This document shows, piece after piece, positions 25,090 through 37,989 of a DNA stretch of 64,000 nt. The stretch's first letter is position 1. Each line of letters opens with the position of its first letter. The position numbers and the translations under genes were made by a program. The notes under the pieces are model-generated. The model ran no database searches, was not told the DNA's origin, and saw only the letters and a program-made list of their open reading frames with translations. This DNA is from Escherichia coli (lineage in GTDB: Bacteria; Pseudomonadota; Gammaproteobacteria; Enterobacterales; Enterobacteriaceae), in the NCBI RefSeq assembly GCF_003334355.1, contig NZ_QOWP01000001.1; one strand, given 5' to 3'.

Positions 25090-28000
25090 ATGACACGCAA
25101 ACCCCGTCGCCACGCTCTTTCTGTGCCCGTGCGCAGCGGTTCGGAAGTGGGGTTCCCGCAGAGCCTGGGGGAGGTTCACGATATGTTGTACGATAAATCC
25201 CTTGAGAGGGATAACTGTGGTTTCGGCCTGATCGCCCACATAGAAGGCGAACCTAGCCACAAGGTAGTGCGTACTGCAATACACGCACTGGCCCGCATGC
25301 AGCACCGTGGCGCGATTCTCGCCGATGGTAAAACCGGTGACGGTTGCGGCTTGCTGTTACAAAAACCGGATCGCTTTTTTCGCATCGTTGCGCAGGAGCG
25401 CGGCTGGCGTTTAGCGAAAAACTACGCCGTCGGGATGCTATTCCTGAATAAAGATCCTGAACTCGCCGCTGCCGCACGCCGCATCGTTGAAGAAGAGCTG
25501 CAACGCGAAACCTTGTCGATTGTGGGCTGGCGTGATGTCCCCACTAACGAAGGCGTGCTGGGTGAAATCGCCCTCTCCTCTCTGCCACGCATTGAGCAAA
25601 TTTTTGTGAACGCCCCGGCAGGCTGGCGTCCACGCGATATGGAGCGCCGTCTGTTTATCGCCCGCCGCCGCATTGAAAAGCGTCTCGAAGCCGACAAAGA
25701 CTTCTACGTCTGTAGCCTGTCGAATCTGGTGAACATCTATAAAGGTCTGTGTATGCCGGCGGATCTGCCGCGCTTTTATCTGGATCTTGCGGACCTGCGT
25801 CTGGAATCGGCCATTTGCCTGTTCCACCAGCGCTTCTCCACTAACACCGTACCGCGCTGGCCGCTGGCGCAACCGTTCCGCTATCTGGCGCATAACGGTG
25901 AAATCAACACCATCACCGGTAACCGCCAATGGGCGCGTGCGCGTACCTATAAATTCCAGACGCCGCTTATCCCTGATCTGCACGACGCCGCACCGTTCGT
26001 CAACGAAACCGGCTCTGACTCCAGTTCCATGGATAACATGCTGGAACTGCTGCTGGCAGGCGGGATGGATATCATCCGCGCCATGCGTCTATTAGTACCA
26101 CCCGCCTGGCAGAACAACCCGGATATGGACCCGGAACTGCGTGCCTTCTTTGACTTTAACTCCATGCATATGGAGCCGTGGGATGGCCCGGCGGGCATCG
26201 TGATGTCCGACGGTCGTTTTGCCGCCTGTAACCTCGACCGTAACGGTCTGCGTCCGGCGCGCTACGTCATCACCAAAGATAAGCTCATCACCTGCGCCTC
26301 TGAAGTCGGTATCTGGGATTACCAGCCTGACGAAGTGGTCGAAAAAGGCCGCGTCGGGCCAGGCGAACTGATGGTTATCGACACCCGCAGTGGGCGTATT
26401 CTGCACTCGGCAGAAACCGATGACGATCTGAAAAGCCGCCATCCATATAAAGAGTGGATGGAGAAAAACGTCCGCCGACTGGTACCGTTTGAAGATCTGC
26501 CCGATGAAGAAGTGGGTAGCCGCGAACTGGACGACGACACGCTTGCCAGCTACCAGAAACAGTTTAACTACAGCGCGGAAGAGCTGGACTCCGTAATTCG
26601 CGTACTGGGCGAAAACGGTCAGGAAGCGGTCGGTTCGATGGGCGATGATACCCCATTCGCCGTGCTCTCCAGTCAGCCGCGCATTATTTACGACTACTTC
26701 CGCCAGCAGTTTGCCCAGGTGACTAACCCGCCAATCGACCCGCTGCGTGAAGCGCATGTTATGTCGCTCGCCACCAGTATCGGTCGTGAAATGAACGTCT
26801 TTTGCGAAGCAGAGGGCCAGGCGCACCGTTTAAGCTTTAAATCGCCGATTCTGCTCTACTCCGATTTCAAACAGCTCACGACGATGAAAGAGGAGCACTA
26901 CCGCGCAGATACGCTGGATATCACCTTTGACGTCACTAAAACCACGCTCGAAGCGACAGTCAAAGAGCTGTGCGACAAAGCCGAAAAAATGGTACGTAGC
27001 GGCACCGTGCTGCTGGTGCTCTCCGACCGGAATATCGCTAAAGATCGCCTGCCGGTTCCAGCCCCGATGGCGGTTGGCGCGATCCAGACCCGTCTGGTCG
27101 ATCAAAGCCTGCGTTGCGATGCCAACATCATCGTCGAAACCGCCAGCGCCCGCGATCCGCACCACTTCGCCGTGTTGCTGGGCTTCGGCGCGACGGCTAT
27201 TTATCCATACCTTGCCTATGAAACGCTGGGCCGCCTGGTAGACACCCATGCGATTGCCAAAGATTATCGTACCGTGATGCTCAACTACCGTAACGGCATC
27301 AACAAAGGCTTGTACAAAATCATGTCCAAAATGGGCATCTCCACCATCGCCTCTTACCGCTGCTCGAAACTGTTTGAAGCGGTCGGTCTACACGATGATG
27401 TAGTGGGCCTGTGCTTCCAGGGGGCGGTCAGCCGCATTGGTGGGGCAAGCTTTGAAGACTTCCAGCAGGATCTGCTGAATCTGTCGAAACGTGCCTGGCT
27501 GGCGCGTAAGCCCATCAGCCAGGGCGGCCTGCTGAAATACGTCCACGGCGGCGAATACCACGCCTACAACCCGGACGTGGTGCGCACGCTGCAACAAGCG
27601 GTACAAAGCGGCGAGTACAGCGACTATCAGGAATACGCGAAGCTGGTTAATGAGCGTCCGGCAACCACGCTGCGCGATCTGCTGGCAATTACGCCGGGTG
27701 AAAACGCGGTCAACATTGCTGATGTTGAACCGGCAAGCGAACTGTTTAAACGCTTTGATACCGCCGCGATGTCTATCGGCGCGTTAAGCCCGGAAGCCCA
27801 CGAGGCGCTGGCGGAAGCGATGAACAGCATCGGCGGTAATTCGAACTCCGGTGAAGGCGGCGAAGACCCGGCGCGCTACGGCACCAACAAAGTGTCGCGC
27901 ATCAAGCAGGTGGCTTCCGGTCGCTTTGGGGTTACTCCGGCGTATCTGGTCAATGCCGACGTCATTCAGATTAAAGTCGCCCAGGGCGCGAAGCCAGGCG

Positions 28001-29643
28001 AAGGCGGTCAGTTGCCGGGTGATAAAGTCACGCCTTACATCGCCAAACTGCGCTATTCGGTGCCCGGAGTGACGCTGATCTCCCCGCCGCCGCACCACGA
28101 TATCTACTCTATCGAGGACTTAGCGCAGCTCATTTTCGACCTCAAGCAGGTTAACCCGAAAGCGATGATCTCCGTGAAGCTGGTTTCCGAACCGGGAGTA
28201 GGCACCATCGCGACTGGCGTGGCAAAAGCTTATGCGGACTTGATCACCATCGCAGGCTATGACGGCGGCACCGGCGCAAGTCCGCTTTCATCGGTGAAAT
28301 ACGCAGGCTGTCCGTGGGAGCTGGGGCTTGTTGAAACCCAGCAGGCGCTGGTTGCTAACGGCTTGCGTCACAAGATCCGTTTGCAGGTCGATGGCGGCCT
28401 GAAAACGGGTGTCGATATCATCAAGGCGGCGATTCTCGGCGCAGAAAGCTTCGGCTTCGGCACTGGCCCGATGGTGGCGCTCGGCTGTAAATATCTACGT
28501 ATTTGCCATCTGAACAACTGCGCAACGGGTGTAGCAACTCAGGATGACAAACTGCGTAAGAACCACTATCACGGCCTGCCATTCAAGGTGACGAATTACT
28601 TTGAGTTTATCGCCCGTGAAACCCGCGAGCTGATGGCACAGCTTGGCGTAACACGTCTGGTGGATCTGATTGGTCGCACCGACCTGCTGAAAGAGCTGGA
28701 CGGTTTCACCGCCAAACAGCAGAAGCTGGCGCTGTCGAAGCTGCTGGAGACTGCCGAACCGCATCCAGGTAAGGCACTCTACTGCACCGAAAACAACCCG
28801 CCGTTTGATAACGGCCTGCTGAACGCGCAGTTGCTGCAACAGGCGAAACCGTTTGTCGATGAGCGCCAGAGCAAAACCTTCTGGTTCGATATTCGCAACA
28901 CCGACCGTTCTGTCGGCGCGTCGCTTTCAGGCTATATCGCCCAGACGCACGGCGATCAGGGGCTGGCAGCCGATCCTATCAAAGCGTACTTCAACGGCAC
29001 CGCAGGCCAGAGCTTCGGCGTGTGGAACGCGGGCGGCGTGGAACTGTACCTGACCGGTGATGCCAACGACTATGTCGGTAAAGGCATGGCGGGCGGCTTA
29101 ATCGCCATTCGTCCTCCGGTTGGTTCCGCCTTCCGCAGCCATGAAGCAAGCATTATCGGCAACACCTGCCTGTATGGCGCGACCGGTGGTCGTCTGTATG
29201 CCGCAGGCCGCGCGGGTGAACGTTTCGGCGTGCGTAACTCCGGTGCTATCACCGTGGTAGAAGGCATTGGCGACAACGGTTGTGAATATATGACGGGTGG
29301 TATCGTCTGCATTCTGGGTAAAACCGGCGTTAACTTCGGTGCGGGCATGACCGGCGGTTTCGCTTACGTTCTCGATGAAAGCGGCGATTTCCGCAAACGC
29401 GTTAACCCGGAACTGGTCGAGGTCTTAAGCGTTGACGCTCTGGCGATCCATGAAGAGCATCTGCGTGGTCTTATCACCGAGCATGTGCAGCATACCGGCT
29501 CTCAGCGCGGTGAAGAGATTCTGGCGAACTGGTCAACCTTCGCCACTAAATTTGCGCTGGTTAAACCGAAGTCCAGTGATGTAAAAGCACTGCTGGGTCA
29601 CCGTAGTCGTAGCGCAGCTGAGTTGCGCGTGCAGGCGCAGTAA
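25090..29643 (+). CDS. gltB: Glutamate synthase (NADPH) large subunit
   Basis: Start taken at [13 protein letters not shown] (1517 aa); the catalytic Cys of the amidotransferase domain lies in ...[12 protein letters not shown], so the N-terminal residues are probably a propeptide and the true start is ambiguous. Confidence 0.95.
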   Translation: MTRKPRRHALSVPVRSGSEVGFPQSLGEVHDMLYDKSLERDNCGFGLIAHIEGEPSHKVVRTAIHALARMQHRGAILADGKTGDGCGLLLQKPDRFFRIVAQERGWRLAKNYAVGMLFLNKDPELAAAARRIVEEELQRETLSIVGWRDVPTNEGVLGEIALSSLPRIEQIFVNAPAGWRPRDMERRLFIARRRIEKRLEADKDFYVCSLSNLVNIYKGLCMPADLPRFYLDLADLRLESAICLFHQRFSTNTVPRWPLAQPFRYLAHNGEINTITGNRQWARARTYKFQTPLIPDLHDAAPFVNETGSDSSSMDNMLELLLAGGMDIIRAMRLLVPPAWQNNPDMDPELRAFFDFNSMHMEPWDGPAGIVMSDGRFAACNLDRNGLRPARYVITKDKLITCASEVGIWDYQPDEVVEKGRVGPGELMVIDTRSGRILHSAETDDDLKSRHPYKEWMEKNVRRLVPFEDLPDEEVGSRELDDDTLASYQKQFNYSAEELDSVIRVLGENGQEAVGSMGDDTPFAVLSSQPRIIYDYFRQQFAQVTNPPIDPLREAHVMSLATSIGREMNVFCEAEGQAHRLSFKSPILLYSDFKQLTTMKEEHYRADTLDITFDVTKTTLEATVKELCDKAEKMVRSGTVLLVLSDRNIAKDRLPVPAPMAVGAIQTRLVDQSLRCDANIIVETASARDPHHFAVLLGFGATAIYPYLAYETLGRLVDTHAIAKDYRTVMLNYRNGINKGLYKIMSKMGISTIASYRCSKLFEAVGLHDDVVGLCFQGAVSRIGGASFEDFQQDLLNLSKRAWLARKPISQGGLLKYVHGGEYHAYNPDVVRTLQQAVQSGEYSDYQEYAKLVNERPATTLRDLLAITPGENAVNIADVEPASELFKRFDTAAMSIGALSPEAHEALAEAMNSIGGNSNSGEGGEDPARYGTNKVSRIKQVASGRFGVTPAYLVNADVIQIKVAQGAKPGEGGQLPGDKVTPYIAKLRYSVPGVTLISPPPHHDIYSIEDLAQLIFDLKQVNPKAMISVKLVSEPGVGTIATGVAKAYADLITIAGYDGGTGASPLSSVKYAGCPWELGLVETQQALVANGLRHKIRLQVDGGLKTGVDIIKAAILGAESFGFGTGPMVALGCKYLRICHLNNCATGVATQDDKLRKNHYHGLPFKVTNYFEFIARETRELMAQLGVTRLVDLIGRTDLLKELDGFTAKQQKLALSKLLETAEPHPGKALYCTENNPPFDNGLLNAQLLQQAKPFVDERQSKTFWFDIRNTDRSVGASLSGYIAQTHGDQGLAADPIKAYFNGTAGQSFGVWNAGGVELYLTGDANDYVGKGMAGGLIAIRPPVGSAFRSHEASIIGNTCLYGATGGRLYAAGRAGERFGVRNSGAITVVEGIGDNGCEYMTGGIVCILGKTGVNFGAGMTGGFAYVLDESGDFRKRVNPELVEVLSVDALAIHEEHLRGLITEHVQHTGSQRGEEILANWSTFATKFALVKPKSSDVKALLGHRSRSAAELRVQAQ

Positions 29644-31074
<1,431 letters not shown>

Positions 31075-31559
31075 GCTCTGTCCCAGCGCCGCCTCCTCAG
31101 AAAAGAGTCGGCGCTGAAATTCTCCTTTCTTTCTGGAAAGCGCCTCGCATAATCTGAAGAAAACCAATGTAATACGCTCATCTGGATTGTTACCGGTAGA
31201 TGCCCGGCGTATAGCTGATTCCATTATTCAACGCAGCGCCATATAAAGGGACAGATAATGGAATCGCTCTCAGAGAGAACCTCAACAGGCTACCAGCAAA
31301 TCCATGACGGTATTATTCACCTGGTCGATAGCGCCCGGACGGAAACGGTACGTAGCGTTAACGCGCTGATGACCGCGACATACTGGGAAATTGGCCGACG
31401 AATTGTCGAATTTGAACAAGGTGGCGAGGCCAGGGCTGCGTATGGTGCGCAGCTAATCAAGCGACAATCAAAGGATTTAAGTCTAAGGTATAAGCGTGGG
31501 TTCTCTGCAAAAAACTTACGCCAAATGAGGCTTTTTTACCTCTTTTTTCAACATGTTGA

Positions 31560-31663
31560 AATTCGCCAGACAGTGTCTGGCGAATTAACACCATTGGGAA
31601 TTCCGCAGACACCATCTGCAGAATTCCCATCGGCAAAGATTTGGCAGACGCTGTCTGCCAAAT
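31560..31663. repeat. Three tandem palindromic units at a 39-bp period inside the yhcG remnant
   Basis: Read directly: AATTCGCCAGACAGTGTCTGGCGAATT (31560-31586), GGGAATTCCGCAGACACCATCTGCAGAATTCCC (31596-31628, imperfect), ATTTGGCAGACGCTGTCTGCCAAAT (31639-31663). Confidence 0.8.
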
Positions 31664-31697
31664 TGAGAGGCTGTTTGATATTTCCACAGCTTTTGTA

Positions 31698-31726
31698 TTG
31701 CATCTCCTATTTTCGGTTTGTATATT
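31698..31726 (+). promoter_or_regulatory. Near-consensus sigma70 promoter for the orphan ORF (TTGCAT-N17-TATATT)
   Basis: -35 TTGCAT 31698-31703, 17-nt spacer, -10 TATATT 31721-31726; AAGGA Shine-Dalgarno at 31741-31745, 8 nt before the ATG at 31754. Confidence 0.6.
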
Positions 31727-31753
31727 CATGCAAATAAACGAAGGAAAGTTGCC

Positions 31754-32059
31754 ATGATTTACATTGAACAGCTTGAATTAATCCATAAAAGTGGTGATGT
31801 GTTGTATCCAGTAAAAATAACCAGAAAATCATCAGGAAAAACTGCCTTCCACCTTGTTCCATTCGGCTTAAATAAGACTCACGACCTTCTAGAGGTGGAA
31901 GATGCTTCAGAAGCAATTCGGCTGGTGATTGATGAACGTCATTCCATTCGCTGCAGTACACTTACAGCAACTATTACGAATAAAAAGGGCAAGCGAATTA
32001 AGCGGACAGGTATATACAGTATCAAGGGTGTTAACATAAAAGAATACAACGTCAGGTAA
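31754..32059 (+). CDS. Hypothetical protein, 101 aa, no recognised family
   Basis: ORF MIYIEQLELIHKSGDVLYPVKITRKSSGKTAFHLVPFGLNK...KKGKRIKRTGIYSIKGVNIKEYNVR in an AT-rich segment with good promoter and RBS; basic C-terminal tail, no signal peptide or TM segment. Start chosen at the Met with the RBS; the track ORF begins 12 codons upstream. Confidence 0.55.
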   Translation: MIYIEQLELIHKSGDVLYPVKITRKSSGKTAFHLVPFGLNKTHDLLEVEDASEAIRLVIDERHSIRCSTLTATITNKKGKRIKRTGIYSIKGVNIKEYNVR

Positions 32060-32101
32060 TGGCACAGAGCGGTCCGTCAGTTCAGGTTTGGCTCTGTGCC
32101 A
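32060..32101. other. Perfect 11-bp-stem inverted repeat with 20-nt loop immediately after the orphan ORF stop
   Basis: tggcacagagc ... gctctgtgcca; no flanking T-run on either strand, so not a canonical intrinsic terminator. Confidence 0.5.
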
Positions 32102-32134
32102 AAGATGGGTCAGGTCACACCTGATCTAATAAAT

Positions 32135-33467
<1,333 letters not shown>

Positions 33468-33471
<4 letters not shown>

Positions 33472-34157
33472 AGCACCGCCTTTTTCATCGCTGTGTTGTA
33501 CCACTGACAAATGTGTTCAAGACGCGTAATGGCAGAACCGACCGTCACCGCCCACGCGCCGTGGCGCATCGCATCTGCCGCCTGAGCAGGCGTGTTGTAA
33601 CGCCCTTCGGCAATCACCCGACATCCGGCTTCGCTCAACGTTTTCACCAGCGCCAGATCCGGCTCTTCTGGCGTTTCAGGCGTGGTATAGCCAGAAAGCG
33701 TAGTGCCAATAATTTCGGCTCCCAGCTTTTGGCATGCCAGGCCGTCTTCCGGCGTTGAGCAGTCGGTCATCGCCAGTAAACCGTGATGGTGAATACGTGC
33801 CAGCAGCGTTTCAACAGGCACCGGACGCGGGCGGTCGGTGCCGTCAATGGCGATAATGTCCGCGCCCGCCTGCGCCAGCGCATCAACATCTTCAATATAG
33901 GCCGTGATGCGTACCGGAGAATCCTCCAGATCGCGTTTCACAATCCCGATAATTGGCACGCTCACCACCGCACGCGTGGCTTGCAGATTTGCCACACCTT
34001 CAATGCGAATGGCAACCGCGCCCGCCTGTTCTGCCGCTAATGCCATGGCGGCGACGATTTCGGGTTTATCGAGCGGGCTGTCCGGAACCGGCTGGCAGGA
34101 GACAATCAGGCCACCGTTAGCAGCGATTTTTTGATCCAGTTGTGCAAGTAACGACAT
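33468..34157 (-). CDS. nanE: N-acetylmannosamine-6-phosphate 2-epimerase
   Basis: Track ORF trimmed to [35 protein letters not shown]... (229 aa). Confidence 0.93.
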
Positions 34158-34204
34158 ACATCTTCCCTTAGCGAAAGGCCCGGTACATAGACCGGGCAAC
34201 AGGA

Positions 34205-35695
34205 TTAACTTTTGGTTTTGACTAAATCGTTTTTGGCGCTGCCAAACGGCACGGCACCGCTGAATGGTTTACCGTCGATAGCGTCATGAGTACGCAACGC
34301 TTCCGGGCGCAACCAACGCTGAACGCGAGAAGGCATATCCAGCCCAATCAGCAGGATCACCACGAACGTCAGACTGAACGAGAGCGATGCCAGCGCAGTA
34401 CCCAGATCCAGACGTTGAGCGATCAACGCGCCGATGATTGGGGCCAGTGCACCGCCCAATGCGCCAACGTTGTAGGTAAAGCCCAGGCCCGCTGCACGCT
34501 GGTCGGTATCGAAATAACCGCCAATCAGTTTTGGTAAGATCCCGGCGATCCCTTGTCCAAGCATTTGCTGGAAGAACAGTAACAGACCGAGCACCCAGAC
34601 GTTTGCGCCGCCAATCGCAAATACCGGAATAATCAGCAGCTGCGAGGCCAGCAGGCTACAAACGTACGCTTTGCGGGTTCCCAGCCAGTCACCGAGGAAG
34701 CCACCTACGCAGCATCCCACCGCCGCGCCAAAGCCACTAAAGAACAGCACATTGGCTACAGTATGCGGGTTATAAGCCAGATCGGTTTTCAGATACGTTG
34801 GCAGCAGCGCCTGAATCGGCCATGAGTAGAGGAAAGCAAACAACACGACCACCATCAGCATTACGCCCGTTGGCCAGCGTTTGCCTGTACTCTGCACCAT
34901 AAAGCTGATAAAGATTGCGGCGCATAACAGCCCAAGAACAGCGACGATCGCGGCATTTTGCAGGTTACCGGCGAAGCAGAACCACAGCGCAGTAGCCGCC
35001 GCCAGTGTCATTACGATATTGGCAATGCGATGTTCACCACGGTAGAGAATATCCACCATTGTGCGTACTGGTGCTTTACCTGCGTGTTTCTCTTTCCAGT
35101 CTTCCGCTTCCGGGATGTTTTTACGCAGCCAGAGAGCAAAGATGATTGGCAAAATGCCGATAAAGAACAGCGCACGCCAGCCCCAGACCGGAACCACCAG
35201 GCTATAGACCTGAGCGGCAACGACGGCCCCCACAGAGAAGCCTGAAATCAAAAAACCACTGGCTTTGTTACGCAGATTTTTTGGCCAGCTTTCAATGACA
35301 TAGGTGGCGCTGGAACCGTATTCACCCGCCATCCCCATGCCGATGACCAGACGAGCGATAAACATGGTGATGTAGCCTGGCGCAAAGCCGCAGGCCAGCG
35401 TCCCGGCCGAGAAGAGAACGATGCTGGTGACCATTGCCAGACGACGCCCGTAGCGGTCACCCATAGCGCCGAGCATCAGGCCGCCGAACCAGCGAGAGAT
35501 AAAGGCTGCAGAGATCAGACTTGCCGCCTGCACCGTCGTCAGCCCGAATTCACCTTGTACTTCGGTGAGTACCAGGGCGATTAAAACGAAATCAAAACCG
35601 TCAAGCAGATATCCCAACCAGGCAGCGGAAAATGCGCGCCATTGTGCACGGTTGAGATGGCGATACCACGGGATATTCTGGGTTGTAGTACTCAT
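34205..35695 (-). CDS. nanT: Sialic acid:H+ symporter (MFS)
   Basis: Track ORF trimmed to [36 protein letters not shown]... (496 aa). Confidence 0.94.
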
Positions 35696-35763
35696 TGTGA
35701 GTCTCCCGCGGTGGGCGATGCCCACACGCTTTGGTATGAAAATTGTAGGGTACAGATGCGTTT

Positions 35764-35798
35764 ATTTCCCCTCACCCGGTAGGGGCGAGCGAGGGGAA
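35764..35798. repeat. GC-rich palindromic intergenic repeat (Box C-like) between nanT and nanA
   Basis: atttcccctcacccggtaggggcgagcgaggggaa; shares TTCCCCTCACCC...GAGCGAGGGGA with the element at 53611-53650. Family name is uncertain. Confidence 0.5.
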
Positions 35799-35803
35799 AC
35801 AAC

Positions 35804-36697
35804 TCACCCGCGCTCTTGCATCAACTGCTGGGCCAGCGCCTTCAGTTCTGGCAGATATTTTTCATCTACCGGTCCAAACGGTTTGCGGCACAGCGGCACA
35901 GAAACGACATCCATATAATGGAGGACAGTTTTCAGGCCGCGGAATACGCCCGTTTTGATCAGTAAATCAATGACTTTATTGCATTCAGTTTGCAGTTTCT
36001 GCGCGGTCTGGATATCGCCTTCTTTCAGCGCCTTAACGATCCCCTGATAGCGCCAGCCCATGATGTTGTAGGTACTGCCGATACCACCATCAGCGCCCGC
36101 CAGCAGACCAGAGGCGAAGATTTCGTCGTAACCGTTATAGAGCACAAGATCAGGATGTTCACGACGGATCTGCTCCATCTGATAGAGATCGCCAGAGGTC
36201 TGTTTCAGCGCACCTACGCCAGGCAATGTAACAAGTGTGTTGATCTGATCCAGGGTCAGTTTTACCCCACTCAGGGCTGGAATGTTGTACACCACCATCG
36301 GCAAACCATCCGCCGAATCAATAATTGCCCGATAGTGATCGCAGTGTTCTTCAAAGCTGAAAGGATAGTAGAACGGCGTGACGGCGGAGACGGCATCGAA
36401 GCCATAACGTTTAGCCGATGCCGCAAGTTGTTGGCTTTCGGCGGTGCTGACGCAACCGACGTGGGCGATGAGTTTAATCTTACCTTTCGCCTCTTCGGCG
36501 ACGATTTCCAGTACCTGTTCACGCTCGGAAAGGCTTTGTACAAAGGCCTCGCCGGTCGAACCACCCACGTATAAACCGTCGATGCCCTGCTGAATATTGA
36601 ACTGAACCAGGCGACGCAGACTCGCTTTATCCAGTGCTTGTTGTTGGTCAAAAGGAGTCAGGAGTGCAGCCATTACGCCACGTAAATTCGTTGCCAT
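35804..36697 (-). CDS. nanA: N-acetylneuraminate lyase
   Basis: 297-aa [53 protein letters not shown]..., DapA-family aldolase. Confidence 0.96.
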
Positions 36698-36722
36698 AAA
36701 TACCTCTGAAGTGATGCTTGTC

Positions 36723-36745
36723 TGATAAACGATATACCTTTATAC
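36723..36745 (-). promoter_or_regulatory. NanR operator: three GGTATA repeats in the nanA promoter
   Basis: Minus strand reads GGTATAACAGGTATAAAGGTATA, between nanR and the nanA start; matches the remembered NanR operator. Confidence 0.8.
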
Positions 36746-36818
36746 CTGTTATACCAGATCAATTAAGCAACACCCCATACAGAAAGCTTATAATGCGATC
36801 TGCTTCACTAAAGTGGCA

Positions 36819-37610
36819 TTATTTCTTTTTGTTGGTGGTCTGACCGAAAGCGTGCCAGGTAGCAGAGACGCTGTTGAGATGCGATTGCAACGCACGATCG
36901 GCTTCGTCAGGATCATGACGGCGGATCGCATCAACGATCGCAATATGCTGTTGATAACTAACGTTGTTATGTTCGTGCAGTGCCTGATCGGTAACCGTTG
37001 GGCGTGCGGCAATAAGCCAGTCGAGCAGGGCAACGTGGATCGCCATGAAGATTGGGTTACCGGGGATCTCCGCCAGCACGCGGTGGAAATCAACGTCTGA
37101 ACGAATGAATGCCGCGTTGTTATCCAGCGACTGACTGTTGATTTCCAGTGCTTTTGCCAGCAAATCGATTTGCTCATCGGTGGCATGTTCAGCCGCATAG
37201 CGCACCAGACTGGATTCAAAGAACAGACGTAATTGTTCGAAATGGGCAATCCCACCGGGATGAGAAAGGAAATCTTTCGCCATGCCGGAAAGCTCACCGA
37301 TGATAGTGTCCGCAGAAGGACGCGAGACGCGAGCGCGTTCGCCGTTGTTTATTTGCACCAGACCTTTGCGTTTTAACGCTGCCAGCGCTTCACGCACCGA
37401 AGGACGCCCGACGTTAAAGAACGCCATCAGTTCGCGTTCAGACGGTAATTGTTCACCTTCGCCAAATTCACGACGGCGGATCATCTGTTCCAGCTCTTCT
37501 TCCACCATTTCGGAGAGTTTTTTACGCGCCAGCGGGCGGCTACGCAAGTTGCGACCAATTGCAGGTGAAGAATCTTCGGTTTGCGAATCAAATGCGTTCA
37601 TAAGGCCCAT
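36819..37610 (-). CDS. nanR: GntR/FadR-family repressor of sialic acid catabolism
   Basis: 263-aa [47 protein letters not shown]... with N-terminal wHTH. Confidence 0.94.
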
Positions 37611-37989
37611 TCTGTAAGGTCAGTGTGATTAACATCATCAGTGACATCCTATCACAGGATTGAAAGTAGGGGAAAATGGCAGGGTTTTCTCTTTGTGCCT
37701 CATCATTACCATAATTAACGGAATAATTAACTATTGCGAAAAATTAATGTAACGCAGATAAAAACATCCCGTTTGAATTATTTATAAGACTATTCACGAG
37801 CATTATGAATATTATGAATGTGTTCTTACAAAATAATCATAAGCGCATATTTTTTAATGAAAAATCACCTCACCTACAATTAAAAACACGACATCCGCAC
37901 CATAAATAGCCTTGCAAAAAATATAACATCGTTGTTTTCAATCTGCCGTTTATGGGATTGACCGTTTTCTTTTGACACGGAGTTCAACA

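Larger units (their letters stand above)
31258..31737 (+). pseudogene. yhcG: Truncated DUF1016/YhcG-like gene (putative PD-(D/E)xK nuclease family), N-terminal fragment only
   Basis: First ~135 residues (TSTGYQQIHDGIIHLVDSARTETVRSVNALMTATYWEIGRRIVEFEQGGEARAAYGAQLIKRQSKDLSLRYKRGFSAKNLRQMRLFYLF) resemble the DUF1016 N-terminal region. The frame then runs into a low-complexity tail (RGCLIFPQLLYCISYFRFVYSCK) and stops, so the C-terminal nuclease domain is missing. Confidence 0.6.

Noticed and set aside
31560-31663. Possible miniature CRISPR array (regular 39-bp spacing of palindromic units)
   Set aside because: Only three units, the units are not identical direct repeats, there are no spacer-like unique segments of CRISPR size, the units are in-frame coding sequence of the DUF1016 remnant, and no cas genes are nearby.
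31258-31737. Treating the 159-codon ORF as an intact gene
   Set aside because: Only the first ~135 residues resemble the DUF1016 N-terminal region; the last ~23 residues are low-complexity and coincide with the GC-content break, and the expected C-terminal nuclease domain is absent. Called a truncated remnant.
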